Shown: piece after piece, positions 11,882 through 24,149 of the stretch
Position numbering within the stretch: position 1 is the stretch's first letter
Layout of the letters: each line of letters begins with the position of its first letter
Assembly: GCF_001194135.2 (NCBI RefSeq)
Contig: NC_068982.1
Span: 105,361,251 to 105,401,919 of the forward strand
DNA from: Octopus bimaculoides
Taxonomy: Eukaryota
Direction: 5' to 3'
DNA length: 40,669 nucleotides
Made by a program: the position numbers and the translations under genes
Notes under the pieces: model-generated
Database searches by the model: none
The model's input: the letters and a program-made list of their open reading frames with translations, nothing else
What the model was told of the DNA's origin: nothing

Positions 11882-12280
11882 CACATGCATACACATTNNN
11901 NNNNNNNNNNNNNNNNNNNNNNNNNNNNNNNNNNNNNNNNNNNNNNNNNNNNNNNNNNNNNNNNNNNNNNNNNNNNNNNNNNNNNNNNNNNNNNNNNNNN
12001 NNNNNNACATACATACATACACACATACACACATACGTACTTACATACATCGATATCTGTCTGTCTGTCCGTCCGACCATCCGCCTGTCAGCCTGTCTGA
12101 CTGTCAGTCTGTCAGTCTGTCAGTCTGTCTGTCTATCTATCTGTCTATCCACCTATCTATCTATCTATCTATCTATCTATCCGTCCGTGTGTCTGTCTAT
12201 CTGTCTGTCTGACTATCTGTCTGCCTGTCTGCCTGTCTGCCTATCTATTGATTATCTATTTATTTATCTATCTTTCTATA

Positions 12281-12328
<48 letters not shown>

Positions 12329-12344
12329 CACATGCATACACATT
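11560..12344. repeat. Compound microsatellite block present twice (11560-11897 and 12007-12344) around a 109-N gap
   Basis: The two copies look identical by eye at offset 447. Confidence 0.85.
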
Positions 12345-12479
12345 TCTCATTTTCTGAGGACGTTAAAAAAAGCATTCTTAATTACAAGTAAGTTTTTTTT
12401 CACATTTTCTATTTTGTTACTTTCTTCTTTTGTCCAGTAACTGCTCCCCACTTCCTTTCATCAATTTTACACACACACA

Positions 12480-12510
<31 letters not shown>

Positions 12511-14032
12511 TCTTTCACACACACATACACAAACACACACACATACACAAACACACACACTCACTTCACACATGTAGGCATGGTCATAAATGCAAACATA
12601 CCCATACACTAACTTCCACTTTCCATTGTGGTGGCAGAGACTTGGGTGCACTTTATAATTCTTTCTGTCCCATTGCGTGTTTGTACCAAACAATTATCTA
12701 ATAAGAAAAAAAAGGTTTATATAAAAGCCCCTAAGACAATATATATTGTAAATGTCTCATGATCTAATACATTGGTCAGATTATTTTAGATTATTAAGAT
12801 TGTATACTAACTGTTCATTGTAAATTGACCTTTCCTCTTCACACACACACACGTGCATACACACACATACACATACGCACATACATATATATATATACAT
12901 ATATATACATATATATACATATATATACATACATATACAAGTACACATATATGTATAAAAGTCTATACTTTCATCTCACTCTCTTTCTGTAAATCTATCT
13001 ATCTATCTATCTATATGCACATATAATGCAGTTACATTTTAAATAAATATATAAAGTCAGTTACATACACACACACACACTCACACTTGCACACACATAC
13101 ATACATGCCCATACAACCACTCACCCACACATATGCACACACACACACACATACACACACTCATGCACATACACACACAAATATATGTATATATACATGT
13201 ATATGGTATATAAATATTTCAACTAATAGCTGATATACTGTCCCAGAGTGGTTACTGTTTTTTTATTTTATTTTATTTTATTTTACTATTAATTTTTTTT
13301 TTGTTTTTGGTCCATCAGTTTTTGTCCAATGAACTGGTGTTTTATCTGTGACCACTACCAGTCAGTATTAATCACCCAGTATATACTAGCATCAAAGCAA
13401 TGATCAGTACACACTAACACGCGAGTAAGTATCCAGTTGATTGCCGCACGCACTGCTCTTAACAATGGATAACGACACTGTTTTGGTAAGACACTGAAAA
13501 AACACAACAACAACATTTCTGGATTATATTTACTAGTTTGCTGGAAGATAAAAAGGGATTAAACACATCAATGGATTTAGGCCTTCACTGAAATTGTTGA
13601 GTGATGTTTGGAATATTATCAAATGCATCATTGGATTTTACAAGGTTTTGGGATTGGTGGATGCTGATAAGAGACTAAAATACATCCTTGGATTCTTCTA
13701 GTTACTTCGATTGTGAAAGTAGAAGATGATGATTTTAATATTACAAACAAAAAGAAGGATTAAGAAAGAAATGGATATTAAAAGGAATAGAGTTCAATCC
13801 CTTACGAAGACAGCAATTTCATCATGAGTTACTTTACTCTATAATAGAAATAAAATTAAATTAAAAAATAACAAAAATAACTTTCAAAGAAGAAAATACA
13901 CATAAAAAAAAACGATGGAGGAGTGCAATTCACATTTGGGTGAGTACAAAATTTTGGATAAATTTTACATCTATTTTTACAATATCATATCATATTAAAT
14001 GTGCACATGTTGGTGAAAGCAAGAATATGTAC

Positions 14033-14090
<58 letters not shown>

Positions 14091-14097
14091 TTTTCTT

Positions 14098-14128
<31 letters not shown>

Positions 14129-14195
14129 TCTACCTATCTGTTCATCTGTCTGCGGATGTATATATTAATATATTATTTTAATATTATTCTTACAG

Positions 14196-14283
14196 TGATA
14201 CCAATGTTTCAGATCTCGCGACTTTTCTCAACAGTGAACATTTGTCCATGAGGAAAGTTGTGAGACTTGAAATGTTGGTGCCA
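14196..14283 (+). ncRNA. Candidate pri-miRNA-like hairpin (alternatively a palindromic MITE relic)
   Basis: 35-bp stem with 26 Watson-Crick pairs, 7 G-U and 2 A-C; 18-nt loop. Confidence 0.3.
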
Positions 14284-14567
14284 TCATAGGGGTTAGGGGT
14301 TATAAATCAAATCATTAATCGATATAATTCTAAATAATTCTAAAATGTATTGAAATCTTTCTTGCATGACTGTTTGGTCTTCTTAGCCTTTGGATTAAGA
14401 GTGTATGTTTGTTTGTGCATGTGTGTGTGTGTGTGTGTGTGTGCCTTTAGGCTTTTTCTGTATGTAGGATGTATATAGATAGATAGGGAGCTATGTAAGT
14501 AAGCATGAGTGCATGCAAACATGCTTACATACTTGTATACTTATATATGTAACTGTGTACAGGTATG

Positions 14568-14599
<32 letters not shown>

Positions 14600-14789
14600 N
14601 NNNNNNNNNNNNNNNNNNATATATATATGTATGTATGTATGTATATATATATATAGAGAGAGATATATATATATATATAGCTGTAGATATATATATATTT
14701 AATATACATGTAGAAATCTGTTGATGAACATGACCCAGGCATTATTGTCAACAGTGATGTGTTGGATGGACCCGCTTCCTAAAATCATC

Positions 14790-15230
14790 AAAAAAAGGCT
14801 GGTGTCTTAGCAACAATTACTAAGACCTTTGTCAGCCACTCACCAGCCATCTATTTAAAGCTATATATGGCTATAACCCCACTTCTTGTACAAAATATCG
14901 ATCTACCGGAAGCTGTCCAGAGATGTGCAAACCAGATGAATACACTTTGTCGGTTCACTTTATATCTTGAAAGTCTTTTTTTTTTTTTGTGGGCAGTGAT
15001 ACATCAAAGGTTTGGCAGCTGGCTTGGTAGAAACCCCACAAGATTATCTACCAGTTGGTCACTTTTTTTCAATTCAGTATTTCTTTCACCTGTGGAGATG
15101 CTCATAAAATCAAAAATAACACAACACCCAGGACTTCTGGAAACATTTATTTTACATTCAGAATTGCCAAAAGCATGGAATAAATTAACTGCGTTGGTTG
15201 TTTAGCTATCAGGACATTGCTTCCATGCTT
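14790..15230 (+). mobile_element. Ancient CR1/L2-like 3' ORF2 fragment
   Basis: YLKLY...QNIDLPEAVQRCA resembles LE.VQRRA; LPKAWNKLTALVV resembles RV...WN.LP..VV. Confidence 0.55.
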
Positions 15231-15439
15231 CCCAAAATTTGTCAACATCATTCCTGACATGCCTTCACACCTTTTCCCTTCCTTTTTATACTTCACTTTT
15301 CTGTTTTCCATTTTTTTTCTTTAATACATGCACTTCTGACTATCACTTGCTGTCTTTCTTTACTGGACTTATTGCAACTTGTGTCCCGTCTTTTACCTTT
15401 TTCTGTTGAGTTATAGTACACCTGAGTAACGTGTACATT

Positions 15440-15574
15440 ATTAGTATTTTTGCCTTTCATCATTTTGGGGGGGTCAATGAAATATGAAAGAAGTACCAGT
15501 TATGCACTGGAGTTGATGTAATCAACTAGCCCTATCCCCTCAAATTTCAGGCCTTGTGCCTATAGTAGAAAGGA

Positions 15575-15637
<63 letters not shown>

Positions 15638-15761
15638 TGAGATCGACTCTGCCTTTCATCCTTTCAGGGTCGATAAAACAAGTAGTAGTTGAGCACTAGG
15701 ATAGACTTAATCGACTTGGCCCCTTCCCCAAAACTGCTGACCTTGTGCCAAAATTTGAAAC

Positions 15762-15800
<39 letters not shown>
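15440..15800 (+). mobile_element. Two tandem SINE family B 3' parts, each ending in (TTA)n
   Basis: gtaccagtt...ggccttgtgcc...(TTA)n at about 15440-15635 and 15636-15800. Confidence 0.8.
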
Positions 15801-15801
<1 letters not shown>

Positions 15802-15884
15802 CAAAATGTATGCATGTATTGATAAACATACAGCCAAATAGAAATAAAGATGTATCTATGATTGCAAGTATACTCCTCCTCTTT

Positions 15885-16110
15885 CAATTTATCATCAGTG
15901 TTTCATGTCTGTTTTCTATACTGGCATGGGTTGGAAGAGTTGTCACAGTTTAAATCATCTGTTATTGGTACCCACTGCTCCCATGGACTAGTGTATGTGT
16001 GCATCATTTGGTTTGATTTCTATGGCTGGATACCCTTCCTCTCACTAACTACTTTACTAAATATACAGGGTACAACATCTTTTTGTGGTGCCAACACTAG
16101 AAAAATTAAA
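15885..16110 (-). mobile_element. Degenerate repeat with RTE-type 3' end
   Basis: atactggcatgggttgga...ggctggatacccttcct is the reverse complement of the tail motifs at 20153-20260 and 36085-36352. Confidence 0.6.
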
Positions 16111-16249
16111 GAGACATTGGTGAGAAGGGGATGGAGATGAGGTCTCATAACCCTACACTTTCTCTGCTCATTTACTAACCAAATTTTGGTGTATACAGGG
16201 TACATTTTTCATGGTACCAACACTAGAGAGCTTGTTATGCTCCCCAATC

Positions 16250-16508
16250 TCTCTAGAAGTGACACAATTTGATAGCTTTGTTTCCTGACACTAGCTGGAA
16301 AGTGAAGAAAGGTACACAGTAAGAGTAGAAAGTACTTGATAGCCTAAAGACGTGAACTGAAGAGGAAGAGGAGGAGGAGGGAATTACACAAGATGGAAAG
16401 TGGGGGAGCAGTGACGGTAGTACAGAGATGGGTGAGAGGAGCATGAGTGTAGGTGAGTAGACATTCAAAAACTTAGGAGGTATACATTTGGTTTAGGAGA
16501 ACTCTTAG

Positions 16509-16598
<90 letters not shown>

Positions 16599-17185
16599 TG
16601 AGTGATTACATTAGATGGGCCAGAATGAGTGGGTCAGGGGAGCAAGAATAGAGTATAAGAGGCAGGATACTTTTTGGTGTAATTGAGTAATTGCCAATTC
16701 TAGAAGTGGACCAAGGTAGAAGTGGGTAATGAGATAAAGGTAAGGGTAGGTGATGGTTGGCAACAGAGGTGACCTAGTGGAGAGAAACTATAGCGTATTG
16801 GGTAGAAGGATGTGGGTGGTCTGATGCAGTCTCTCAAACACAGGTCTATGAAGAGTGAGCAAGTTAGGATGAGGAGAATGAACCTCAGCACAGGGAGTAG
16901 GAAGATGAGAAAGAGAGTGGTATGAGTGAAGAAGGAGAGCTATATGTAGGAAAGAGGGGACAGGGTGCAAGGTGAGAAGGGCTGCATACTATAGGCTTGG
17001 CATGTACAAAAAAATATCTCAGCCTCTAAATACAGTACCTGTGTCAGGGTGCATTACAGCATGAGTGCTCAAGCGCTTCTGCTGCACCACTGCATATAAC
17101 CAACCAAAATCGTCCTTTGTCATCCCATGAGATGTAGTATATTCAGATCAATAGTTTTCACTGCCTTGTCCCAAGTCTTTCTTGT
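16250..17185 (-). mobile_element. RTE C-terminus (about 17040-17185) with a putative long pyrimidine-rich 3' UTR
   Basis: RKTWDKAVKT.DL resembles RTE RKTW.EVVK.DL. The UTR extent is inferred from composition only. Confidence 0.4.
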
Positions 17186-17193
17186 TTCCCACT

Positions 17194-17231
<38 letters not shown>

Positions 17232-17391
17232 GTACATATGTTTGTATGTATGTATCTATGTATGTATGTATGTATGTGTGTATGTATGTATGTGTGCGTG
17301 TGTGCATGCGTGTGTGTGTTATGTCTTGTGCATGTGTGTTGTGTATGAGTGTATGTGTGTATTTGTATATACACAGTCACACACATGCTTG

Positions 17392-17442
<51 letters not shown>

Positions 17443-17448
17443 GCACAT

Positions 17449-18108
17449 GGTGCAGGCATGGCTGTGAGGTAAGAAGCTTTCTTCCCGGCCACATGTTTCT
17501 GGGTTCAGTCTTACAGCATGACACCTTGGGCAAGTGTCTTCTACTATAGCCTTGGGCCAACCGAAGCCTTCTGAGTGGATTTGGTNNNNNNNNNNNNNNN
17601 NNNNNNNNNNNNNNNNNNNNNNNNNNNNNNNNNNNNNNNNNNNNNNNNNNNNNNNNNNNNNNNNNNNNNNNNNNNNNNNNNNNNNNNNNNNNNNNNNNNN
17701 NNNNNNNNNNNNNNNNNNNNNNNNNNNNNNNNNNNNNNNNNNNNNNNNNNNNNNNNNNNNNNNNNNNNNNNNNNNNNNNNNNNNNNNNNNNNNNNNNNNN
17801 NNNNNNNNNNNNNNNNNNNNNNNNNNNNNNNNNNNNNNNNNNNNNNNNNTATATATGTGTATGTCTTTGTCTGTGTTTGTCTCCCCACACCACTGCTTGA
17901 CAAATTATGTTGAGCTGTTTACTTCCCCATAACTTTGTGGTTCAGCAGAAGAAACCGATAGAATAAGTACAAGGCTTATAAAAAAAAAAAAAAATTTTAA
18001 ATGTGTACTGGAGTCTATTCATTTCACTAAAAAATATTCTTCAAAGCATTGCTCTAGCATGGTCACAGTCTAATGACTGAAAGAAGTGAAAGATGAAAGA
18101 TAAAAGAT
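17449..18108 (+). mobile_element. Full-length SINE family A (internal gap)
   Basis: GGTGCAGGCATGGCTGTGAGG head, GGGTTCAGTC B box, body and tail. Confidence 0.85.
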
Positions 18109-18242
18109 ATATATTATAATGTATTTGAACCATTCCATTAAGTGTAAATGAAGTAAATGTTTTCAAAAGCCCTTGACCTTATGTGTGTGAGGAGCATAGC
18201 AAAATATGTAAAGGGATGTCAGTGAATAAAAACAAAAGATAT

Positions 18243-18690
18243 TGTGTGTGGTAAGAAGTTTGCCTCTCAACCACATGGTTCTGGGTTCAGTCCCACTGCA
18301 TGACACCTTGGGCAAGTGTCTCTTACTATGTCCTCAGACCAACCAAAGCCTTGTGAGTTTATTTGGTAGATGGAAACGGAAAGAAGCCTGTCACGTATGC
18401 ACACACACACATGTATGTNNNNNNNNNNTATATATATGTATATGTATTTGTGTGTGTGTGTGTCTTTGCGTCTGTGTTTGTTACCCACACCATCACTTGA
18501 CAATTGATGTTGGTGTGTTTATGTCCCCATAACTCAGCAGTTTGGCAAAAAAAAAAACTGATAGAATAAGTATTAGACTTACAAACCATAAGTCCTGGAG
18601 TAAATTTCTTCGATGAAAACACTTTAAGATGGTGCTCCAACATGGCCACCGTCAAAGTGACTGAAATGTGCAAAAGAGTAAAAGAGCGAA
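18243..18690 (+). mobile_element. Full-length SINE family A
   Basis: Head TGTGTGGTAAG...GGGTTCAGTCCC; tail AAAAGAGTAAAAGAG. Confidence 0.88.
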
Positions 18691-18939
18691 CGAGTAAGTT
18701 GTTTAATGACCCTATAATATTTCAGAAAGAACACCGCTTTCCGATTACAAAAAAGAAAAACAAACTAAAAAAGAACAGAAAAAAACCCAACTAATCATAT
18801 AGTCTGGAGAAATGTGTTGTTATCGGCTGGCTGTTCTAGCGAGTTCGTCATTGTGATAGAAATTTTTTGAAATAGTTTCAGTACCACATGTGTCGGTAGA
18901 ATTGTGTGGCTTGCTGAAGTGGGTTGAATCAGCATACAA

Positions 18940-19330
18940 GCACAGGTGTGGCTGTATGGTATGCTTTCCAACCACATGGTACTGGGTTCTGTCCCACTGT
19001 GTGACACCTTGGGTAAGTGTCTTCTACTTTAGCCTTGGGCTGACCAAAGCCTTGCGAGTGGCTTTGGTAGATGGAAACTGAAATAAGCCTGTTGTATATA
19101 TATATATGTACGTATATGTGTGTGTGTGTATTTCTGTGTTTGTCCCCCCTCCCAGCATTGCTTGACAACCGATGTTGGTGTGTTTACATCCTCATAACTT
19201 AGCAGTTCAGTAAAAGAGATGGATAGAATAAGTACTAGGCTTTCAAAGAATAAGACCTAGGATCGATTTCTTCAACTAAAACCCTTCAAGGCAGAGCCCC
19301 AGCCCAATGATTCAAACAAGTAATAGTAGA
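18940..19330 (+). mobile_element. Full-length SINE family A
   Basis: Same head, body and tail motifs. Confidence 0.85.
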
Positions 19331-19338
19331 AGATATAC

Positions 19339-19397
<59 letters not shown>

Positions 19398-19760
19398 TAT
19401 ATATGTATGTATATATATATTTTTTTATATATATGTATGTGCATGTATATATATGTTTGTGTGTGTGTGTGTGTATACAAAAATGAATATATATATATAT
19501 GTATGTATGAATGTATATCTATCAATATTATGAGCATGCAAAGCAATTAGAATCAAAACAGTGAAATGTATATTCACTCTTAAGATGCTTCCGCAGACTT
19601 GGATACGGAAACCGCTTAAAGTCGATTCATATCAAAGTCTGTCGGAATGTATTAACATTGAATATACACATCACTGTGTGTGTATGTGTGTGTGAGTGTG
19701 TGTGTACTTACAAATGTATGTATGTATGTATGTATGTATGTATGTATGTATGTATGTATG

Positions 19761-19800
<40 letters not shown>

Positions 19801-20152
19801 NNNNNNNNNNNNNNNNNNNNNNNNNNTACATACACACACATACATATACATGCACATATATAGTGTGTGTAAATGTATACCTATGTAACTATATTTATAT
19901 CTATCTATCTGTCTATCTATCTCTCTGTCTGTCGACTCTCTCTCTATCTCTCTCTCTCTATGTATATATATATGTATATATACATGCCTATGTATGAATT
20001 TATCATATACCAATATTGGGATTGCATGTTTTGCTCTTAAAGGCTTATAGATTTCAACCTTGAGGAACTGCTTTTGCTGTTTTTCAACAAGTTGATTAAT
20101 CATACTTAATAATACCTAATAATACACATATATATATATATATATAAAGATT

Positions 20153-20260
20153 AGATTGGAGCCTGGTGTAGCCATCCGGTTGCACCAGTCCTCAGTCAAA
20201 TCGTCCAACCCATGCTAGCATGGAAAGCGGACGTTAAACGATGATGATGATGGTGATGAT
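20153..20260 (+). mobile_element. Short RTE-type 3' tail ending in (GAT)n
   Basis: gattggagcctgg...tcgtccaacccatgctagcatggaaagcggacgttaaacgatgatgatg; CpG-rich, so probably young. Confidence 0.75.
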
Positions 20261-20302
<42 letters not shown>

Positions 20303-20599
20303 ACATAGATAATTATCTATTTTGATTTGCAGTGCGGTAACACATATGCACACATGCACACACAAATACATATGTGTGCATGTGTGTGTATTGAACATAC
20401 TTATTTTGTAATCTATCAATATACAATATATATATATGTATCTAATCGGCCTCTCTCTCTCTCTTGAGGAAGAACAACAGTATACTTAAAGAGCTGTGCA
20501 GGATAAATTACGGTGTACAAAGTTTGCTGCATCACTGATCTGAATTCAAACCCTGCTAATATCAATTTTATCTTTCTGCAACGATAAAAATGAGCAATC

Positions 20600-20612
20600 A
20601 TCAAAGATCTAT

Positions 20613-20657
<45 letters not shown>

Positions 20658-20679
20658 CGTCTGCCTATCCGTCTGCCTA

Positions 20680-20748
<69 letters not shown>

Positions 20749-20839
20749 GTGTCTGTCTGTGTATCTATCTACCTACCCATCTATCTGTCTGTCTGTCTGT
20801 CAGTCTATTTGTTTATCTATCTATCTGCCTGCCTGCCTA

Positions 20840-20881
<42 letters not shown>

Positions 20882-20905
20882 TGTCTGTCTGTCTATTTAT
20901 CTATT
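20600..20905 (+). repeat. Compound (TATC)/(TGTC)/(TGCC) tetranucleotide microsatellite
   Basis: Seen directly. Confidence 0.95.
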
Positions 20906-20929
20906 CATATATATTAGCATCTTCATTGT

Positions 20930-21135
20930 TGTTATCATCATTAAGGCCACTTTTTCATGCTCGCATGGGCTGGACAGTCTTTTCTTTTGGCATAGCATCT
21001 CACCATTTGTTGCAACCCTCTGTTATGTTCTTCACAAGGTCCAGCTGCCTAGGATCAACTTTCACCACTTCTTCCTTAATCTTCTCCCTACACAGGTTCC
21101 TTCCTCTCTGATTACTTGGCCCTTCTTAACCCAAC
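20930..21135 (-). mobile_element. RTE 3' end fragment
   Basis: Minus strand reads [13 protein letters not shown]-like, followed by cccatgcgagcatgaaaaagtgg...taatgatgat tail. Confidence 0.6.
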
Positions 21136-21138
21136 TGT

Positions 21139-21570
21139 ATGGCAGCAAATTGACAGAATCGTTAAAGCATCCAATAGAATGCTTTGTTCATGTGGCTTAG
21201 TGATTAGGGTGATGGACTCATGATTGTAAGATTGTTTCGATTCCTGGACTGGGCAACACATTGTGTTCTTGAGCAAGACACTTCATTTCATGTTGCTCCA
21301 GTCCACTCAGCTGGCAAAAATGAGTAATCCTGCAACAGACTGGTGTCCCGTCCAGGTGGGGAATTTATAAGCCATGGAAACTGGGAAACCAGCCGTCATG
21401 AGTCAGCATGACTTGAGAAGGAAAATATTACTTTTTTAATGCCTTGTTATATTTGTTCCAGTTCTCTGCACTCTGAGTTCAAATCACAGTGAGACCAACC
21501 TTGCTTTACAGGCTGATGAATAGAGTACCAGTCGAGCCCAGGGGATGATTTCTGTCCCCTACCACAAAAT
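21139..21570 (+). mobile_element. Old SINE family B interrupted by a family C SINE
   Basis: Head ggcagcaaattgacagaatcgtt at 21141; body resumes near 21450 with ctctgagttcaaatc...gagtaccagtcgag. Confidence 0.6.
21191..21437 (+). mobile_element. tRNA-derived SINE family C
   Basis: TGTGGCTTAGTG head, GTTTCGATTCC B box, GTGTTCTTGAGCAAGACAC core; 11-bp TSD AATGCTTTGTT / AATGCCTTGTT. Confidence 0.75.
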
Positions 21571-21589
21571 CATTTACATGATGGGTTCA

Positions 21590-21900
21590 CAAAAGTAGTG
21601 CTCACATTGCAGCTCCACTAATCCTTTCTGCACCAGCATGTGTTCATTTCAATGAATGAACAAACCCCATTGTTATACTCCATATACATCTTCACCAACA
21701 CAGTCTTCTCTTGGGCACACCATATTTGTTTACCCTCTTAAATCCAGTGTTTTTCACAGTTCATTTGTGATCTTTTGTATACTACCCCAGATAATCATGA
21801 CCACATTGTCACATAAAACCAGCCTTGAACATTTCTGTTATGTGCCGGAGAACCATAACAAAGAAGATGGGACTGTGGACTAAATCTTAATGGATATTTG
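21590..21900 (-). mobile_element. Very old RTE C-terminal fragment
   Basis: Frameshifted ...KTLDLRG...YGV..RRLCW resembles RTE LREKL.IRG...GVQERRLRW. Confidence 0.4.
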
Positions 21901-22189
21901 CCAGCGCTTTACTTCACTGAACTGATTGCTAACTTTCATCTTCCTAGTGGCATTTCTGTACATGGTTTACACACCTCTCCATCCCTCAAAAGCTATTCAT
22001 TTACACCTAGTTTTCTTAACAATCACTAGACAACAGAATGTGGTACTCTGCCAAATGCCTTTTCTGGGCCAGTAAAATGTTAGCAGTAGTGGCTTATTCT
22101 TAGCTTATAACTTTTGTAGATGTTTCAATTAAAAACAGGGAATTGATGGTTCCCCCTGTCCATTCTGGCGCAAACCCATATATCTATAT

Positions 22190-22420
22190 TTCATCATCAT
22201 GGTCATTTTACATGCACTTTCTCGGTTGGCAAAAGTTAGATGGAACATTACAGTGTGAGTCAATTCTTATTTGGACTTACTGCCTTCCCAGATGATTCAG
22301 AAGACCAAATCTTAGTTGCAGGTTTCAGTTCAGGCTTTAATTCAATGGCTGGATGCCCTTCTTAACATCAATTGGGTGTATTTTACAATGGAACCAACAC
22401 TGAAGAGATTATCATATCTT
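22190..22420 (-). mobile_element. Degenerate repeat with RTE-type 3' end
   Basis: (ATC)n start and atggctggatgcccttcttaac motif. Confidence 0.55.
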
Positions 22421-22719
22421 CAACAAGATGAAGGGGTCTCTCCATGATGCCATTATTTTTGCTAAACTACTTTACAACGCATACTGGGAGTGGGGTTGTC
22501 CTGAACACTCCTCGATGTGTTCATTCATCCAAGGCTATGCGTAAGAGAAGGAAGGTGAACAGAGGTGAGATTGATTACCTGGAAAGAGAGGTGGAGGAGT
22601 AAGAGTATGACCTCAGAAAGAGGATGGTTGGGATGAAAGAGTGGCAGAGGGGATGAGAGAGAGTGTGTTGATAAACTGCATCAATCAAGTCTGTTGCAGT
22701 CTGACTATGTATCTTCACA

Positions 22720-22762
<43 letters not shown>

Positions 22763-23409
22763 TTATGCATATACGTGCATGTGTGTATAGGTAATAACAG
22801 TCTTTAGAGGCATATATTTTTGGAGTTTTATGATTTAATTATAAGTTAAAATAGATTTTATCAAGGATTAGTCCTTGTTGAGGATTATCTGCTGATGTTC
22901 TTATCAGAGATATACATACATACACACATACATACAAACATATATATATATATTTATCTATCTATATATATATATATATATATACATACACACACACATA
23001 CATACACACATACACACACTTATTATCGTCATTGTTGTTATCATCATCATGGTCATCATTGTCATTATCATTATCACATTATCATCACTAGTGTTATCAA
23101 TTCAGTAGTTAAAATCTCTTGTATCAGGTGTTTGCTATCAGTTGTTTTTAAATCCATTTGGTTAATATTGTCAGCCAAACAACAAACAGAAGTCACTCTC
23201 ACAGAATTAACGTTAATGCAATCAGTAAATCTTTCATTAATAAAACACAGTTTGGATGAGTTCTCTTGGTTGATTGCCTTTAGAAGCAATGTCTTAAATT
23301 TCAAATATATCTAGTAGTCCATTTGATCAAGGTGTCGGCTAAAAGAAAAGATTATTGTATCTATTGTTTCAAAATACACATGTCAGCAAAAGTCTTATGC
23401 TTTGATGTG

Positions 23410-23555
23410 AAGGTATGTGGTTAAATAGTTAAGGCATTTGGCACATTATTATAAGGTCGTGAGTTCAGTTCCTTGTGGCTTGTGGTGTACTTGAGCAAAG
23501 TACTTTATTTCACACAGCTCCAGTCCACTCAGCTGGCAAAATTGATCTGTACCTG
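23410..23555 (+). mobile_element. SINE family C, partial
   Basis: gtgagttcagttcc...cttgagcaaag...gctccagtccactcagctggcaaaa shared with 21191-21437. Confidence 0.75.
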
Positions 23556-24149
23556 TAATGCAGGTTAATAAATATATAAGAAAACTCAAATAAATACTAC
23601 TGTGATCATTCTTGTTTTCACACACAGCCTATTTTCAAATATCCCCAAAGAATTAATGATGAAAACCCACATTAAAAATTGGTAGCCTCTGATGCTACCA
23701 ACTAAAATGGTGACTTATATACTACAACTAAATTAGTGACCTGACATCTCTATCATCAACTTGGTGACTTGATAAACTAACAACTACTGAATTAATTATG
23801 GTGAGACAACATCAATGCTGATACAATACTGTGCCTGATGTATTTCTATACATACAGACAATTAGCCACAATAAATTACAACATTTTACTGCTGTTCCTA
23901 GTGAATTTTTGCCAATTTTCTTGTGTAACTAGAAGATAGTTCTTTCAAGGAACCTTTAAGGAAACAGTTATCCCTTTCATGTTTACTATCAAAGAGGCAA
24001 GCTACTTCAGTTTTTGTGAGAGATTGTAGTGTTGTTGATCAACTGGAAGAGTTAATGGATGGTATTACAGACATTTCACTTCTTGCTTCCTCTACCCATT
24101 TCATTTCTTCTATATCTTCAGAATTGGCAGCTTCCACAAGTTTACAGAG

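Noticed and set aside
18243-18320. tRNA-like A and B boxes (here and in other SINE heads)
   Set aside because: No cloverleaf; continuous with the SINE body, so not tRNA genes.
23700-23815. Repeat-spacer (CRISPR-like) array
   Set aside because: Repeats are short, degenerate and irregular; eukaryotic context; no cas genes.
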